Shown here: one piece after another, positions 8,139 through 18,057 of the stretch | How the letters are laid out: every line of letters starts with the position of its first letter | Position numbering within the stretch: position 1 is the first letter of the stretch | From: a virus | Lineage: Duplodnaviria; Caudoviricetes | Reading direction: 5' to 3' (one strand) | Length of the DNA stretch: 38,466 nt | IMG/VR virus record: IMGVR_UViG_3300020294_000011 | Location: 1 to 38,466 of that record | Notes under the pieces: model-generated | Databases searched by the model: none | What the model saw: the letters and a program-made list of their open reading frames with translations, nothing else | What the model was told of the DNA's origin: nothing | Position numbers and translations under genes: made by a program

Positions 8139-8656
8139 TGGCAGAAACCAGCAATACCAATCCGCATATCAGAACTAAACACTCCCCTCTTAGGACGCTT
8201 GCCATGCAAGCTCTTAGACGTTTTGGTGACTTTAATCCAAGCACTGTGGACGGTGATGTTGTTTTAATGTTCTTGGAATTTGCAAACATGGTTATAGACG
8301 ACATACGTCAGCATCCTTATGCAGCTAGAACATCTGTCACGACAACGGTAAACGGTCAAAAGATTACAACAACAAGTGCAAATGATATTGATTACTATAC
8401 TTCCCCAGACGAAACACGGGAGATAGATGACCAGATCATAATTGCTGGCATTCTAGCCCAATACGCCGTTCAGCAGGGCAGTGAAAAGATGCAGATATAC
8501 ATGCCAAACTATTACAAGACTTTAAACCAACAGCTTTGGAACGAGTTAAACGGCAACACCCGTATACAGCTTCGTGTCGTTGATGACGGAACCAACAAGG
8601 GTAACATCAACGGACTTAAAACTAATCAGTATAACGGGCTTCTATCCACGACATGA
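8138..8656 (+). CDS. Head-tail adaptor (tail tubular protein A-like)
   Basis: 172 aa, helical N-terminus (QALRRFG...FLEFANMVIDDI). Located after the MCP, with TAATG coupling. Confidence 0.6.
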   Translation: MAETSNTNPHIRTKHSPLRTLAMQALRRFGDFNPSTVDGDVVLMFLEFANMVIDDIRQHPYAARTSVTTTVNGQKITTTSANDIDYYTSPDETREIDDQIIIAGILAQYAVQQGSEKMQIYMPNYYKTLNQQLWNELNGNTRIQLRVVDDGTNKGNINGLKTNQYNGLLSTT

Positions 8657-10152
8657 GTATTCAATCGTCATCTGGAGTTTCCTTACAAACATTTTCTTAT
8701 GAAAACTTTCAGGGACTTGATACCTCAAGGGATATTACGTCCCTTGATACAGGAGAGGAACAGCATTTAGTACAGCTTAGTAATGGCTTCTGTGATTGGA
8801 GAGGCCAAATTGTTAGAGATCCTACCGTCGCATTTAGAAAAGGTATACATAAAGTAAACCATGTTTCCTTTTATGGCAGAGAGAATGTTGTCTGGGCCGA
8901 GGAAACTGGGTCTGCAATTAACTTTTTGTCAGACACAGGTCACACCCTTGCAGACGTACACCCTATTTCATCCATCGTTTCATCAACAGTTTTTAATCAA
9001 AGCGTACATTTTGCTTGCCGAGGACGAGCAGCTTATAAGTATGATGGAACAAGCTTTACTAGAAACCAATCGGCAGATTTAAACAAGCTTACCCCTGCAT
9101 TTATTAACTCCATTCAAAGACGCATGGTTGTTGCAGGTATTCCTGGTAAAGAAACTCAAGTTCATTTTAGCCGTGTAGACAATGAAGAGATCTTCCCAGA
9201 CGACGAAGACAAGAACAGCACAAATGTCTTACGTGCTGGGTTTGTTGATATTGCAAACCTACTCGGAACTGCTGACCAGATTACAGGGCTAGGCGCTTTC
9301 GAGCAAAACAGGCTTTGCGTCTTCACAGGCGATAGAGCGATCATCTACAAGATCGACCCATCAATAGACAACTGGCTTATAGATGACGATACATTTATAA
9401 ACATTGGGTGTGCAAGCCACAACACAATATGCAATGCAGGCACAGACCTTATGTTTTGTTCAAGGTCTGGCATTCACTCAATTAAAAGATCAGAAGAAAA
9501 CGGTATTCTTGTTTACTCTTATTCTCTCTCAGACAAAGTAGACATCCTATACCGAGAACTCTTTAAGTCCGTCCCGAACCCACAACAAATATCAGCAGTC
9601 TTTGACCAAGACATGGCGCAATATCATGTCTTCTTTCCTCAAGCTGGTGACTTGCTTTGCAAGAGATTAACGCTCGCCCTCAACCCTGAAGGTGGAGAAT
9701 CTCAACCAAAGTTTAATACAGGAGATTTTCTTAACGCTAGATGCGGTGCTTTCTTAGGAGGTCAGCTTGTCTTCGGGACAACGGGTGGGGTTTTCAATGT
9801 TAATCAGGTAGAGGACACGACAGGCCATGTCCCAGAATTAAACATCACCACTCCCCTACTCTGGCATGGTTCCCTGACCGATACTAAAGATACGTATAGT
9901 GTTGTGATTCAAGCAGCAGGTAAGGGTACAATTACAATGGATGCCCAAGATTTGGATGGGAACCAAATCGGATCGCTTGTGTTTGAAGTGGATGACACAA
10001 CGGACGACAACCACTTTACTGGTGTGGCATTATCCAAGCAATATGAAAGAAAATGGAGCTACAGGTATAAAGCTGCTCAATATAGCTTCAAAGCCGAAGG
10101 AGGTGGAGGTCTTCTTAGGCTTATAGGTTTTGCAGTCAACGTGAAAAAGTGA
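8653..10152 (+). CDS. Tail nozzle / DNA stabilisation protein (tubular B / P22 gp10-like beta-propeller)
   Basis: 499 aa beta-rich. N-terminal F.GLDT, R.VVAG, V.FS, ITGL and IGC.S..TI motifs. Confidence 0.7.
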   Translation: MSIQSSSGVSLQTFSYENFQGLDTSRDITSLDTGEEQHLVQLSNGFCDWRGQIVRDPTVAFRKGIHKVNHVSFYGRENVVWAEETGSAINFLSDTGHTLADVHPISSIVSSTVFNQSVHFACRGRAAYKYDGTSFTRNQSADLNKLTPAFINSIQRRMVVAGIPGKETQVHFSRVDNEEIFPDDEDKNSTNVLRAGFVDIANLLGTADQITGLGAFEQNRLCVFTGDRAIIYKIDPSIDNWLIDDDTFINIGCASHNTICNAGTDLMFCSRSGIHSIKRSEENGILVYSYSLSDKVDILYRELFKSVPNPQQISAVFDQDMAQYHVFFPQAGDLLCKRLTLALNPEGGESQPKFNTGDFLNARCGAFLGGQLVFGTTGGVFNVNQVEDTTGHVPELNITTPLLWHGSLTDTKDTYSVVIQAAGKGTITMDAQDLDGNQIGSLVFEVDDTTDDNHFTGVALSKQYERKWSYRYKAAQYSFKAEGGGGLLRLIGFAVNVKK

Positions 10153-10159
10153 GAACAAT

Positions 10160-11731
10160 ATGGCACGACTTAGACAACAATATCCTCAGAACTACGGCTC
10201 AAGCTCGAACATAAATACTGAATTTGAGAATATTGTTCGGTATATAAACGCAGCAGAGCTGGGAGAAAAGACAGTCGGAGAGTTGCTCGATCAACTCTTT
10301 AATACGTCTGGCGTCTGGGACGGCCCGATAGAAATAAGAAGAGACAGTAGCCTTGGCTTGCAGTACAGGGTTGGCTCTTACTCAGACACCACAACTGGAT
10401 GGATTACCATTGCTTCTAACACTGACATCCGAGGTGAGTCTGGCATAACGGCTGGAACAATCGGTGCGCCAATTCTTCATTCTCGATATGATGTCAACGC
10501 AACTTCAGGCACAACAGTTTATGACTACTCTCACGACGCAACAGACGATCTTTTAGTCTATGTTGATGGTGTCTTAAAAAGAGAGGGTGCTTCCAATGAC
10601 TACACGAAGTCTCCAACAGCAGGCACAGGTTCAGCAGGCGCAGTTACTTTTAACTCAGCCCCCTATGTAAATGTAAACACCTTAATAACGATATATAAAG
10701 TTAGAGCCTCTTCTGTTACTGGGTACACTAGAACAGACACGGTAACAACAGCCAGCCAAAGTGCTTTTCCATTTGTCCATACTGACGAGAGCGTCTTGCA
10801 AGTCTACAAAAACGGTATCTTGCAAAGAGATGGAGGCTCAAATGACTACACCACTAACCCAGCAAGTAACACAGTTAACTTTAACTCAGCCGTAGCTTCT
10901 GGAAACCTTGTTTCAATTATCACCGTAGAAAACACAGCGACTACTACAGTTACTGGCCTGATGATGGAAAGCAAGTTTGTCAATACAGGAACTGGCCTAA
11001 TCGACTTCTCTAAAATAGAGATCGACAATAGTGAAATCCCACAGGCAAAAGTAGCAACACTCGCTACTGATCTTGCAGCCAAGGCAAAGCTCACCACTGC
11101 AAGCTCTACCCCTTCTGCCCCTGCCACGGGAGATCTTTGGCTCGATACTAGCCAGACACCAAACATTCTAAAGTTCTACACAGGAACACAATGGTTGCAG
11201 ACATCACCTGATAGTACCTTACCTACCTTTGCAACGTCTGACGCTGCAAAGTATATTAAGGTAAATGCTTCAGGAACTGCTCTTGAATACGCCACTGTTG
11301 ACTTAACCTCGGTAATAGCAACCTCTCAACGGGGAGCAGCCAATGGTGTGGCCTCACTAGATTCTTCTGGCCTTCTCCCTGCATCACAGCTTCCTTCTGT
11401 GCTTTCGTCTGGCTGTATGTACCTAAAGATATCATCCCCAACCAATACTACATACACGTTCAAAAAGATCTGGAAGCAAAAGATACAGATAACAGGAGTT
11501 TCTGTCTCCACAACTGGTGGAAGTGTTGTTATTCAGCCGCAAGTTAACGGGACAGCCGTGTCAGGTTCATCAACCTACACGGCAAACTCCTCTGGCTTGG
11601 ATACAACTCTAAGCACATTAATTGAGATAGATTGTACATCTACTGCAAAAACTGTCGGCTTTATTACAACAAGTAACAACTCCAGTGCAAACTTAGAGGT
11701 GGTCTTCAGTTACAACATTATGAGCCAGTAG
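10160..11731 (+). CDS. Tail fibre/spike protein
   Basis: INTEF.NI N-terminal anchor, two VY.(D/N)G.L.R.G.SNDYT repeats, GDLWLDT, GAANGVASLDSSG. Confidence 0.7.
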   Translation: MARLRQQYPQNYGSSSNINTEFENIVRYINAAELGEKTVGELLDQLFNTSGVWDGPIEIRRDSSLGLQYRVGSYSDTTTGWITIASNTDIRGESGITAGTIGAPILHSRYDVNATSGTTVYDYSHDATDDLLVYVDGVLKREGASNDYTKSPTAGTGSAGAVTFNSAPYVNVNTLITIYKVRASSVTGYTRTDTVTTASQSAFPFVHTDESVLQVYKNGILQRDGGSNDYTTNPASNTVNFNSAVASGNLVSIITVENTATTTVTGLMMESKFVNTGTGLIDFSKIEIDNSEIPQAKVATLATDLAAKAKLTTASSTPSAPATGDLWLDTSQTPNILKFYTGTQWLQTSPDSTLPTFATSDAAKYIKVNASGTALEYATVDLTSVIATSQRGAANGVASLDSSGLLPASQLPSVLSSGCMYLKISSPTNTTYTFKKIWKQKIQITGVSVSTTGGSVVIQPQVNGTAVSGSSTYTANSSGLDTTLSTLIEIDCTSTAKTVGFITTSNNSSANLEVVFSYNIMSQ

Positions 11732-11740
11732 GAGGTTAGT

Positions 11741-14362
11741 ATGGATAGTATACATGAAGCAATGATAAATCTTGATAGGTGGTTAGCAGAAAACGATAAG
11801 AAAAACTCTGCTTTTTTTGATGCTTTAAGAGATCCTTTGATGATAAAAGAGGAAGTAAAAATAAATCGAGGTGAGCAAGAACCTACAAGTACAGGACTGC
11901 CTCCAGTATTTGATAAAATTGTCAGGTGGCCTATTGACAACCCTGCCTCCTTTATTGGGGCAGGTGGAGTAGCTGCTACTTCTCCCTTATGGGGAAGTGG
12001 TATAGGGAAGCGACTGTATAATGCAGCCTTGAGTCCAGACCACTATTGGTTAGGAGGTGCAATGGATGATGGTATTGTGACTTCTGGATCTCCTATCAAC
12101 AAAGTAGGTGCTTACCTAAAAGCTCTTGGAAAACTATCCTACCCTACAACAATGATGGGTGATTTGCCTGGGTTTAATTTTATGGCGGCAGACAGTTCTG
12201 TCCCAGAAGGACACTGGGAGCAATACGCTAATAAACTGGAAGACGGAAGTTACGGGCTTGCTGGAGAAGACGTTGCCCAGACAAAGACGATAGAAGGTCA
12301 GCCTCACGAACTTGCTTACATCACGCCAGAAGAAGCAGAGCTTTTAAAAGCGCATGGTGGCGCAGGCGTGGACAGTGACGATGATGGGATTAAGGAATAC
12401 TTTAGCCTCCCTTCTTGGGATGATTTTAAGAGTGGTGTAAATGATTTCTTTGGTGGAAATAACCCTGCTAACGCAAACAATAACAATGGGAATTTCTTTG
12501 GAGCAGACACTTGGACGTATGGTGCAGACGACAAAGGTGAAGGTGGATATGAATTTCAGACTGTAGAAAAAGCCAAGGAAGATGGTAACATAACACCTAC
12601 AACCTATAATAATTTCACAGGTAAGGGAGATTATCGACCAGACGGGACGCCAAGGGATAGTAATGACGATGTAGTTTATAATACAGGGGCCAATACAGGA
12701 ACAGGGACAACTACTCCCGTTGCTAACAATTATAACTTATCTGACCTTGATAATCTATACGGTGGATACGCAGACACTCTTAGTCAGTCTGACATGTATA
12801 ACACTCCGAATTTAGGGTCTACAATAGGTGGGATAAATACTGGGATTGGTACACTGTCAGGGCTCAGTGGTTACGACAATCAAGAAAACATACAGGCACT
12901 TTTAGATAACTACAAACTACTCAGAGGCGACTACAAGGGTCTTGAAAACTCATATGTTGATGCTGTTGTAACAGCTAGAGGTCAGGCAGACGAATATGAA
13001 AAAGCTGTGAAGAGTGCAATGTTGGGCTTTGATGACTACACCATTCAGGACATGGACGATGTTAAGAAACTAAAAAACACCTTAGAGTCTTTGCAGTTGG
13101 ATCGTGATTACGACAAAACGATTGATCCAAGAATGAACCTCCTCGCCTCTCAGGGTATGTTTGACCTAGAAGATTCTTTCGCAGACGACATGTCTGGTGC
13201 GCTGGGTAAGATCAATGCGCTCACAGGTCAATATGATTCAGCCGTCTCAGACTTTAAGGGAGGAATTGATAATTTAGGTCTTGGTAATTTACTGACAACT
13301 GCCCAAGGTCTTGATCTTGTCGGAGACATGGAAGGAACTCAATCCACCCTTGATTCTTACAAAGGCAACATCGAAGACCTTGGAAACATTTCTGGTCTAA
13401 GTAATAACCAGCTTGATGATATTTTTGCAAGCTCTGGTTACACAGGTGACATCAACGACATACAAGATGCTATCAATAAAGCTGTTGGTGCGAAGACCAC
13501 CGAACTAGGAAGAATAAGCGATGCTGAAGCTGACGCATTATCTTTAGCACAAGCCGTGCAAGGAAATGTAGGCTCTTCAGGATACTACAGTCAGGCTGTT
13601 TTGGATCAGCTAAAGAAGTCTATAGACGAAGGTAAAGCAAAGTATAGCGACTTCTCCTCTGTACTCGACTACGATTTCAAACCCTCAACGGACATTTTTA
13701 GTTCAGCACAATCCTCTCTTGATGAGCTTACAGCAAACAGAAAGAAAGAGATTGACAGCATTGAGGATGCTTTAACGCAAGCTTACTCCCCTTTTTCAAA
13801 CTTAGAATTACAAGAGGAGAGTGAGTTTAATAAAATCAAGCAAGCTCTAGGCGACGTAGACTATGACTTAGGTTACTTCTCTGGCGGTAGGGTTGGAGAT
13901 TTATACAATACCCTCGATAGTTACCAAGACAATATCACATCAAAGCTTGGTGAGCTTGATACAAAAAGGGAAGGCATTGAGACATCAGCCCAAACTGCCT
14001 TGGAAGATCTGTTGGCTAGTGATTATGGTCGAGACAACTACGAAAAGTATAAAGGGATCTTTGATCCTATCGGTGCAGAAATAGAAAAGTTTGGAGCTAA
14101 ACGGGCCTATGATGAGCGTGATGATATTACGGCAGAACTTGCTCGACGATTGGGTCTTGTGGAGGCAGACGAAAAAGCAGTCGAGTCACGACTGGCTGCT
14201 GCAAACGCAGACTTAAACGACTACCAGTTCTCAGACTACAAGCTGGTTGATCCACTAAGCACCCTGAATACTGGATACGGATTGTATAACGAAGATGAAG
14301 AAGAAGAGGATGAGTTTGGCAATCTAAACTCTGCCTTCTATAAAAACATAATTAAGGTGTAG
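11741..14362 (+). CDS. Internal virion (ejection) protein, acidic
   Basis: 873 aa with a GQPHELAYITPEEAELLK..GG.G motif and a long helical C-terminus. RBS AGGAGG. Located after tail genes. Confidence 0.55.
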   Translation: MDSIHEAMINLDRWLAENDKKNSAFFDALRDPLMIKEEVKINRGEQEPTSTGLPPVFDKIVRWPIDNPASFIGAGGVAATSPLWGSGIGKRLYNAALSPDHYWLGGAMDDGIVTSGSPINKVGAYLKALGKLSYPTTMMGDLPGFNFMAADSSVPEGHWEQYANKLEDGSYGLAGEDVAQTKTIEGQPHELAYITPEEAELLKAHGGAGVDSDDDGIKEYFSLPSWDDFKSGVNDFFGGNNPANANNNNGNFFGADTWTYGADDKGEGGYEFQTVEKAKEDGNITPTTYNNFTGKGDYRPDGTPRDSNDDVVYNTGANTGTGTTTPVANNYNLSDLDNLYGGYADTLSQSDMYNTPNLGSTIGGINTGIGTLSGLSGYDNQENIQALLDNYKLLRGDYKGLENSYVDAVVTARGQADEYEKAVKSAMLGFDDYTIQDMDDVKKLKNTLESLQLDRDYDKTIDPRMNLLASQGMFDLEDSFADDMSGALGKINALTGQYDSAVSDFKGGIDNLGLGNLLTTAQGLDLVGDMEGTQSTLDSYKGNIEDLGNISGLSNNQLDDIFASSGYTGDINDIQDAINKAVGAKTTELGRISDAEADALSLAQAVQGNVGSSGYYSQAVLDQLKKSIDEGKAKYSDFSSVLDYDFKPSTDIFSSAQSSLDELTANRKKEIDSIEDALTQAYSPFSNLELQEESEFNKIKQALGDVDYDLGYFSGGRVGDLYNTLDSYQDNITSKLGELDTKREGIETSAQTALEDLLASDYGRDNYEKYKGIFDPIGAEIEKFGAKRAYDERDDITAELARRLGLVEADEKAVESRLAAANADLNDYQFSDYKLVDPLSTLNTGYGLYNEDEEEEDEFGNLNSAFYKNIIKV

Positions 14363-14363
14363 C

Positions 14364-15746
14364 ATGAGTTGGTCACTAGCATTTGGAGCGTTGGGTCTTC
14401 TTGAGAGCATGACATCTAAAAACAAAGCCTCCTCCCAGTTCGATCAAGCCTACGGGTTTAATCGGATGGCTTTCGATAAAACCTTTGAGGAAATGCTTAA
14501 GGATTCGCAATTCAAGAAAGGAATAGACGAATTAAATCTGTCACTAGCCAAGGACGAAAGACAGTGGGACGAAGAGCAGTATGCCGATTATAAAAAGCAG
14601 TTATTAGAAGAGCGTCAATTTGAAATTGAACGGCTTATCAAGCAAGACAAAGAAGCAGCTAGGCAGTACGCTTTTAATCTTGAAAAGTATTTAGACAATC
14701 AAGAGCTTTCTCAGCAAGAAAGAGAACTTGCCTTAAAGGAGTTAGAAGAAGCAAAGGCCATTGCTCAAGGCGAAAGAGATGAAGACTATAGGCGTTTTGA
14801 AACAGCCAAGGCTCAAAAAGAAATTGAACGAGAGTTCATGCTTGAGGAGTTTGGAAGATCCAGAAATATTGCACAGGAAGAACGCAACTATATGCTGGCG
14901 CAAAGAAAGAATATTATGGATCGCATTCAAGGAATGCAGTCTGGCCTTGAGGGTGTCTATGCTGGGCTGCAAGACATCCCAAATGTGAACCCAGTTACTC
15001 AGGCAGACATAGATGCTGAAGTTCTTAGGCGAACAAATGAATACACGTCAGACGTAGACAGGGCAGCCGATAGAGTTGCTTCGATTGCTGAAGGAGAACT
15101 CATCAGTAAAGGGATGGATTTATCCACCCAAGCAAATCAGACAAGAGGAGATGTTGCGAGCCGTCTTGCTGATGAATACCAGAAGGCTAGATTTAAAGCA
15201 TACGATGACGCAATGAGCTACATTGGAGGCAAGCAGGGAATTTACAATACAGACACCAGTAATATCATTGCTTCAAGAGCAGCCGAACTCGAACAAGCTG
15301 GTGGCGTCTTAGGTTCTGGGATCAATCAAATGACCAGCCTACCAACAGCTCCATCCGCAGGTTCCTATATGCAGTATGCAAGCCTACTCCCTACTGGCAC
15401 GTATGATAGATCACCTACGTTGTCGGCTAATACCTTCCAAGACAAGTACGGCCTAACTTCAGGAGTCAATAATGACTATCTCAATTTGGGTTCCATGCTT
15501 TCAAGTCAACCTGGGGCCAGTTCTGCGGCTGGGTTTGGCGGTGTCTTTGGAACTGTAGGAACAGGTCAATATCAGTATCAACCATACAACTGGGGCAACC
15601 CACAAGGGTACGCAACCAACATGCTGAATAGCTCTCAAACCAATTTGAATAATGCATGGAATAGAGCAACGGACTCTGGAACTAAGTTTGGTGGAGCCTT
15701 TGAAGACTGGCTACTGAATAAAGACAGTAAAGGAAAGAACGCATGA
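14364..15746 (+). CDS. Internal virion / DNA pilot-like protein
   Basis: Hydrophobic Gly/Ala N-terminus (MSWSLAFGALGLL), long coiled coil and G/S/N-rich tail. Confidence 0.55.
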   Translation: MSWSLAFGALGLLESMTSKNKASSQFDQAYGFNRMAFDKTFEEMLKDSQFKKGIDELNLSLAKDERQWDEEQYADYKKQLLEERQFEIERLIKQDKEAARQYAFNLEKYLDNQELSQQERELALKELEEAKAIAQGERDEDYRRFETAKAQKEIEREFMLEEFGRSRNIAQEERNYMLAQRKNIMDRIQGMQSGLEGVYAGLQDIPNVNPVTQADIDAEVLRRTNEYTSDVDRAADRVASIAEGELISKGMDLSTQANQTRGDVASRLADEYQKARFKAYDDAMSYIGGKQGIYNTDTSNIIASRAAELEQAGGVLGSGINQMTSLPTAPSAGSYMQYASLLPTGTYDRSPTLSANTFQDKYGLTSGVNNDYLNLGSMLSSQPGASSAAGFGGVFGTVGTGQYQYQPYNWGNPQGYATNMLNSSQTNLNNAWNRATDSGTKFGGAFEDWLLNKDSKGKNA

Positions 15747-17995
15747 GTATTTTTAGTGCAGCATCTGGAGGAATGCATGAGAGAAAGGAACTAAGACGTG
15801 GACAAAGACAACAAATGGCTGAAGCTTTCGCTAAGTTTAAAGCGAGCAATCCTCTGGCTACCGTTGCAGATTTCCAGAATTTCATTGATAGTTTTTCTGG
15901 CGGTAACAACTACATTGCAGGCGGCGCACCTGGCGAATCTGTTCTCAATCGCATTGCAGCGAGTAATCAAGCTAGGGAAGCGGAGCGTCAAAAGAAACGA
16001 GCCTTTGAAGAGTATCAAAAAAGACGAGCATTAGAAAAAGATTTAACCCCTGAAATAGAAGACTTTTTAATCGACCTCCCTATGACAAAAAACCAAATGG
16101 GTCTTCCTGGCTATGATTATACCAAAGCAACAGAAGACTTTTTAAGTATGCGTCCAGAGTTAAAAGACTTAGGGCTTAACTTCAACGCCATGATGACTGG
16201 AGAATCCAGAGATCAAGCGATTGCTAATCGGGTCAACCAAAACTTAGGGTTAGGTAAGAATTATTTTGAAACTCTTCCTGTCGGAGAGTTTGGAACTCTT
16301 GAGGCTTTTCAGACAGTGACCAATCTACCTAAAGCCGTTGCTGAACAAGTGTATGGCAATCTTAAAACAGCCAAAGAACAAGAGGTAACTCAAAAAGTTA
16401 ATGAGCAAATAGAAAAATATTCTGAAAAATTTAATACTTTAATCAATACAAAAAATGCGAGTGGTCAGTACAACACACCAGCAGAAGCTCAAGCAATAAT
16501 CAAAAGCCAGATGAAAAATAGTCCTTACAAAGAAAAATTAGAAGAAGGCGATTGGTTAACTCAAATTTATAATGCAGGTAAAGAGCGAGCAGACCAAAGG
16601 GTTGACGAAGAGAAAGCTAGTGACCTCGCTACATTATCTCAGATATTATATGCCAAAGATATAAGAGATACAATTACAGACACAATACGATCTCAAGGGA
16701 AAGAAGCAGCAAAAGAAAAAATTCTGAAAATGTTTGGTCAAACAGTTGCTGGTGAAGGCTGGAACAACACTATTGGTAAAGCAGAACTAGATAAGTTTTT
16801 GGATAATCAAATTGGCACAATGGTAGCCGTAAATCAATCCACCTTAGACGACACTGAATGGCAACGTAAACAGGACTTGCAAAAGCAACTTTCTGCGAAT
16901 GTAAATCAAATGAGGGAAGACAATCAGACCGCAGCAAATGAATTATTTAAAGGTGGCGAAGGTGGCTCTCTGGCTAACAAAATATCAAGCATGCCTACCA
17001 TTGTGAAAAATTTGGGAAATAAATGGTTTATGGATAGCAGAACCAAGAACCTAATTCTTACTTTCGCACAAAGTCAAGAGAACGCAGATGTTGGCAAGGA
17101 CGTGCAAGCCTTGCAAGATTCTTTAGACACATATCTTACAAATAGCGGCGCTACCCCATTATCTTCAGCGATAGAGCAAGCTAATGAAACTGCAAGTCTT
17201 AGACCTTTATCAAGAACAACTTTTACAGACTATAGAAAAGATCTTGAAACTCACATCAATAATAACCAGACAAGCATTATAAAGGAAGCTAGAAAAATAG
17301 TTGATGATCTTAGTGGCTCTCAGGATAAGGCTGAGTATGAATCAGCTATTCGTGTGTTGAATGGCTTAAAGTCCCAATATGGAAACTGGACTAAAAGTTT
17401 GAATAAAACCATACAAAGAAACTTTGATGATCGAAGGGCTTGGAGAGACATAGATGGCAAGCAATATGATAAAGGCGTTATAGATAATTTGTTTAACAGC
17501 GCTGAAGGTTTTAGTTTGGAAGACATTGACCGAATGGTGGAGGATTTGAAACAGCAAGCCGACGACATACAAGTCTCCTCTACAGACGGCAATAAAAGAA
17601 CTCTTGAAGACGATAGGACACTGAACGAACAGGATATAGGTAAATTAAAAGCAAACACAGCGTTTAACAAAAATAAGCCGATATATGAAGGCATTAAAGT
17701 AGATGCTATGGATTGGAATATTGTAACAGGCAGAACTTGGGGCGGTTTAAATTCGGGCCAAGCCTTGATACAGAAAGGGATAGAGGATTTCTTTACCCAT
17801 GATGAGCCTAGAGATATTTGGCGAAAGCTTGGCTTAAATGCAAACCTTGAAGGTGTAGAATTTAATTATCAGGACTTTGTAGACACGCCTATTGAATGGC
17901 TTTTAACAAATCCAAAAGCCAAAGAAATAGCCAAAAGAATTTGGGGTGAAAGCAGGTACAAACAAATTGAAGATGCCCTTATAGCCCAACAGTAA
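15743..17995 (+). CDS. Internal virion protein (helical)
   Basis: 750 aa coiled-coil-rich with ATGA coupling. Position in the ejectosome block. Confidence 0.5.
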   Translation: MSIFSAASGGMHERKELRRGQRQQMAEAFAKFKASNPLATVADFQNFIDSFSGGNNYIAGGAPGESVLNRIAASNQAREAERQKKRAFEEYQKRRALEKDLTPEIEDFLIDLPMTKNQMGLPGYDYTKATEDFLSMRPELKDLGLNFNAMMTGESRDQAIANRVNQNLGLGKNYFETLPVGEFGTLEAFQTVTNLPKAVAEQVYGNLKTAKEQEVTQKVNEQIEKYSEKFNTLINTKNASGQYNTPAEAQAIIKSQMKNSPYKEKLEEGDWLTQIYNAGKERADQRVDEEKASDLATLSQILYAKDIRDTITDTIRSQGKEAAKEKILKMFGQTVAGEGWNNTIGKAELDKFLDNQIGTMVAVNQSTLDDTEWQRKQDLQKQLSANVNQMREDNQTAANELFKGGEGGSLANKISSMPTIVKNLGNKWFMDSRTKNLILTFAQSQENADVGKDVQALQDSLDTYLTNSGATPLSSAIEQANETASLRPLSRTTFTDYRKDLETHINNNQTSIIKEARKIVDDLSGSQDKAEYESAIRVLNGLKSQYGNWTKSLNKTIQRNFDDRRAWRDIDGKQYDKGVIDNLFNSAEGFSLEDIDRMVEDLKQQADDIQVSSTDGNKRTLEDDRTLNEQDIGKLKANTAFNKNKPIYEGIKVDAMDWNIVTGRTWGGLNSGQALIQKGIEDFFTHDEPRDIWRKLGLNANLEGVEFNYQDFVDTPIEWLLTNPKAKEIAKRIWGESRYKQIEDALIAQQ

Positions 17996-18053
17996 GGACG
18001 ACCCATTTATACTGTTAAAGTATTCTAGTTCCATAATTAGGAAACTGGAGTAC
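17996..18053 (+). promoter_or_regulatory. Putative late promoter GGACGA-N19-TATTCT overlapping an RBS-occluding hairpin (18020-18053)
   Basis: GTATTCTAGTTCC pairs with GG(A)AACTGGAGTAC, including two G.U pairs, and covers the GGAG RBS at 18047-50. Confidence 0.6.
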
Positions 18054-18057
18054 CTAT

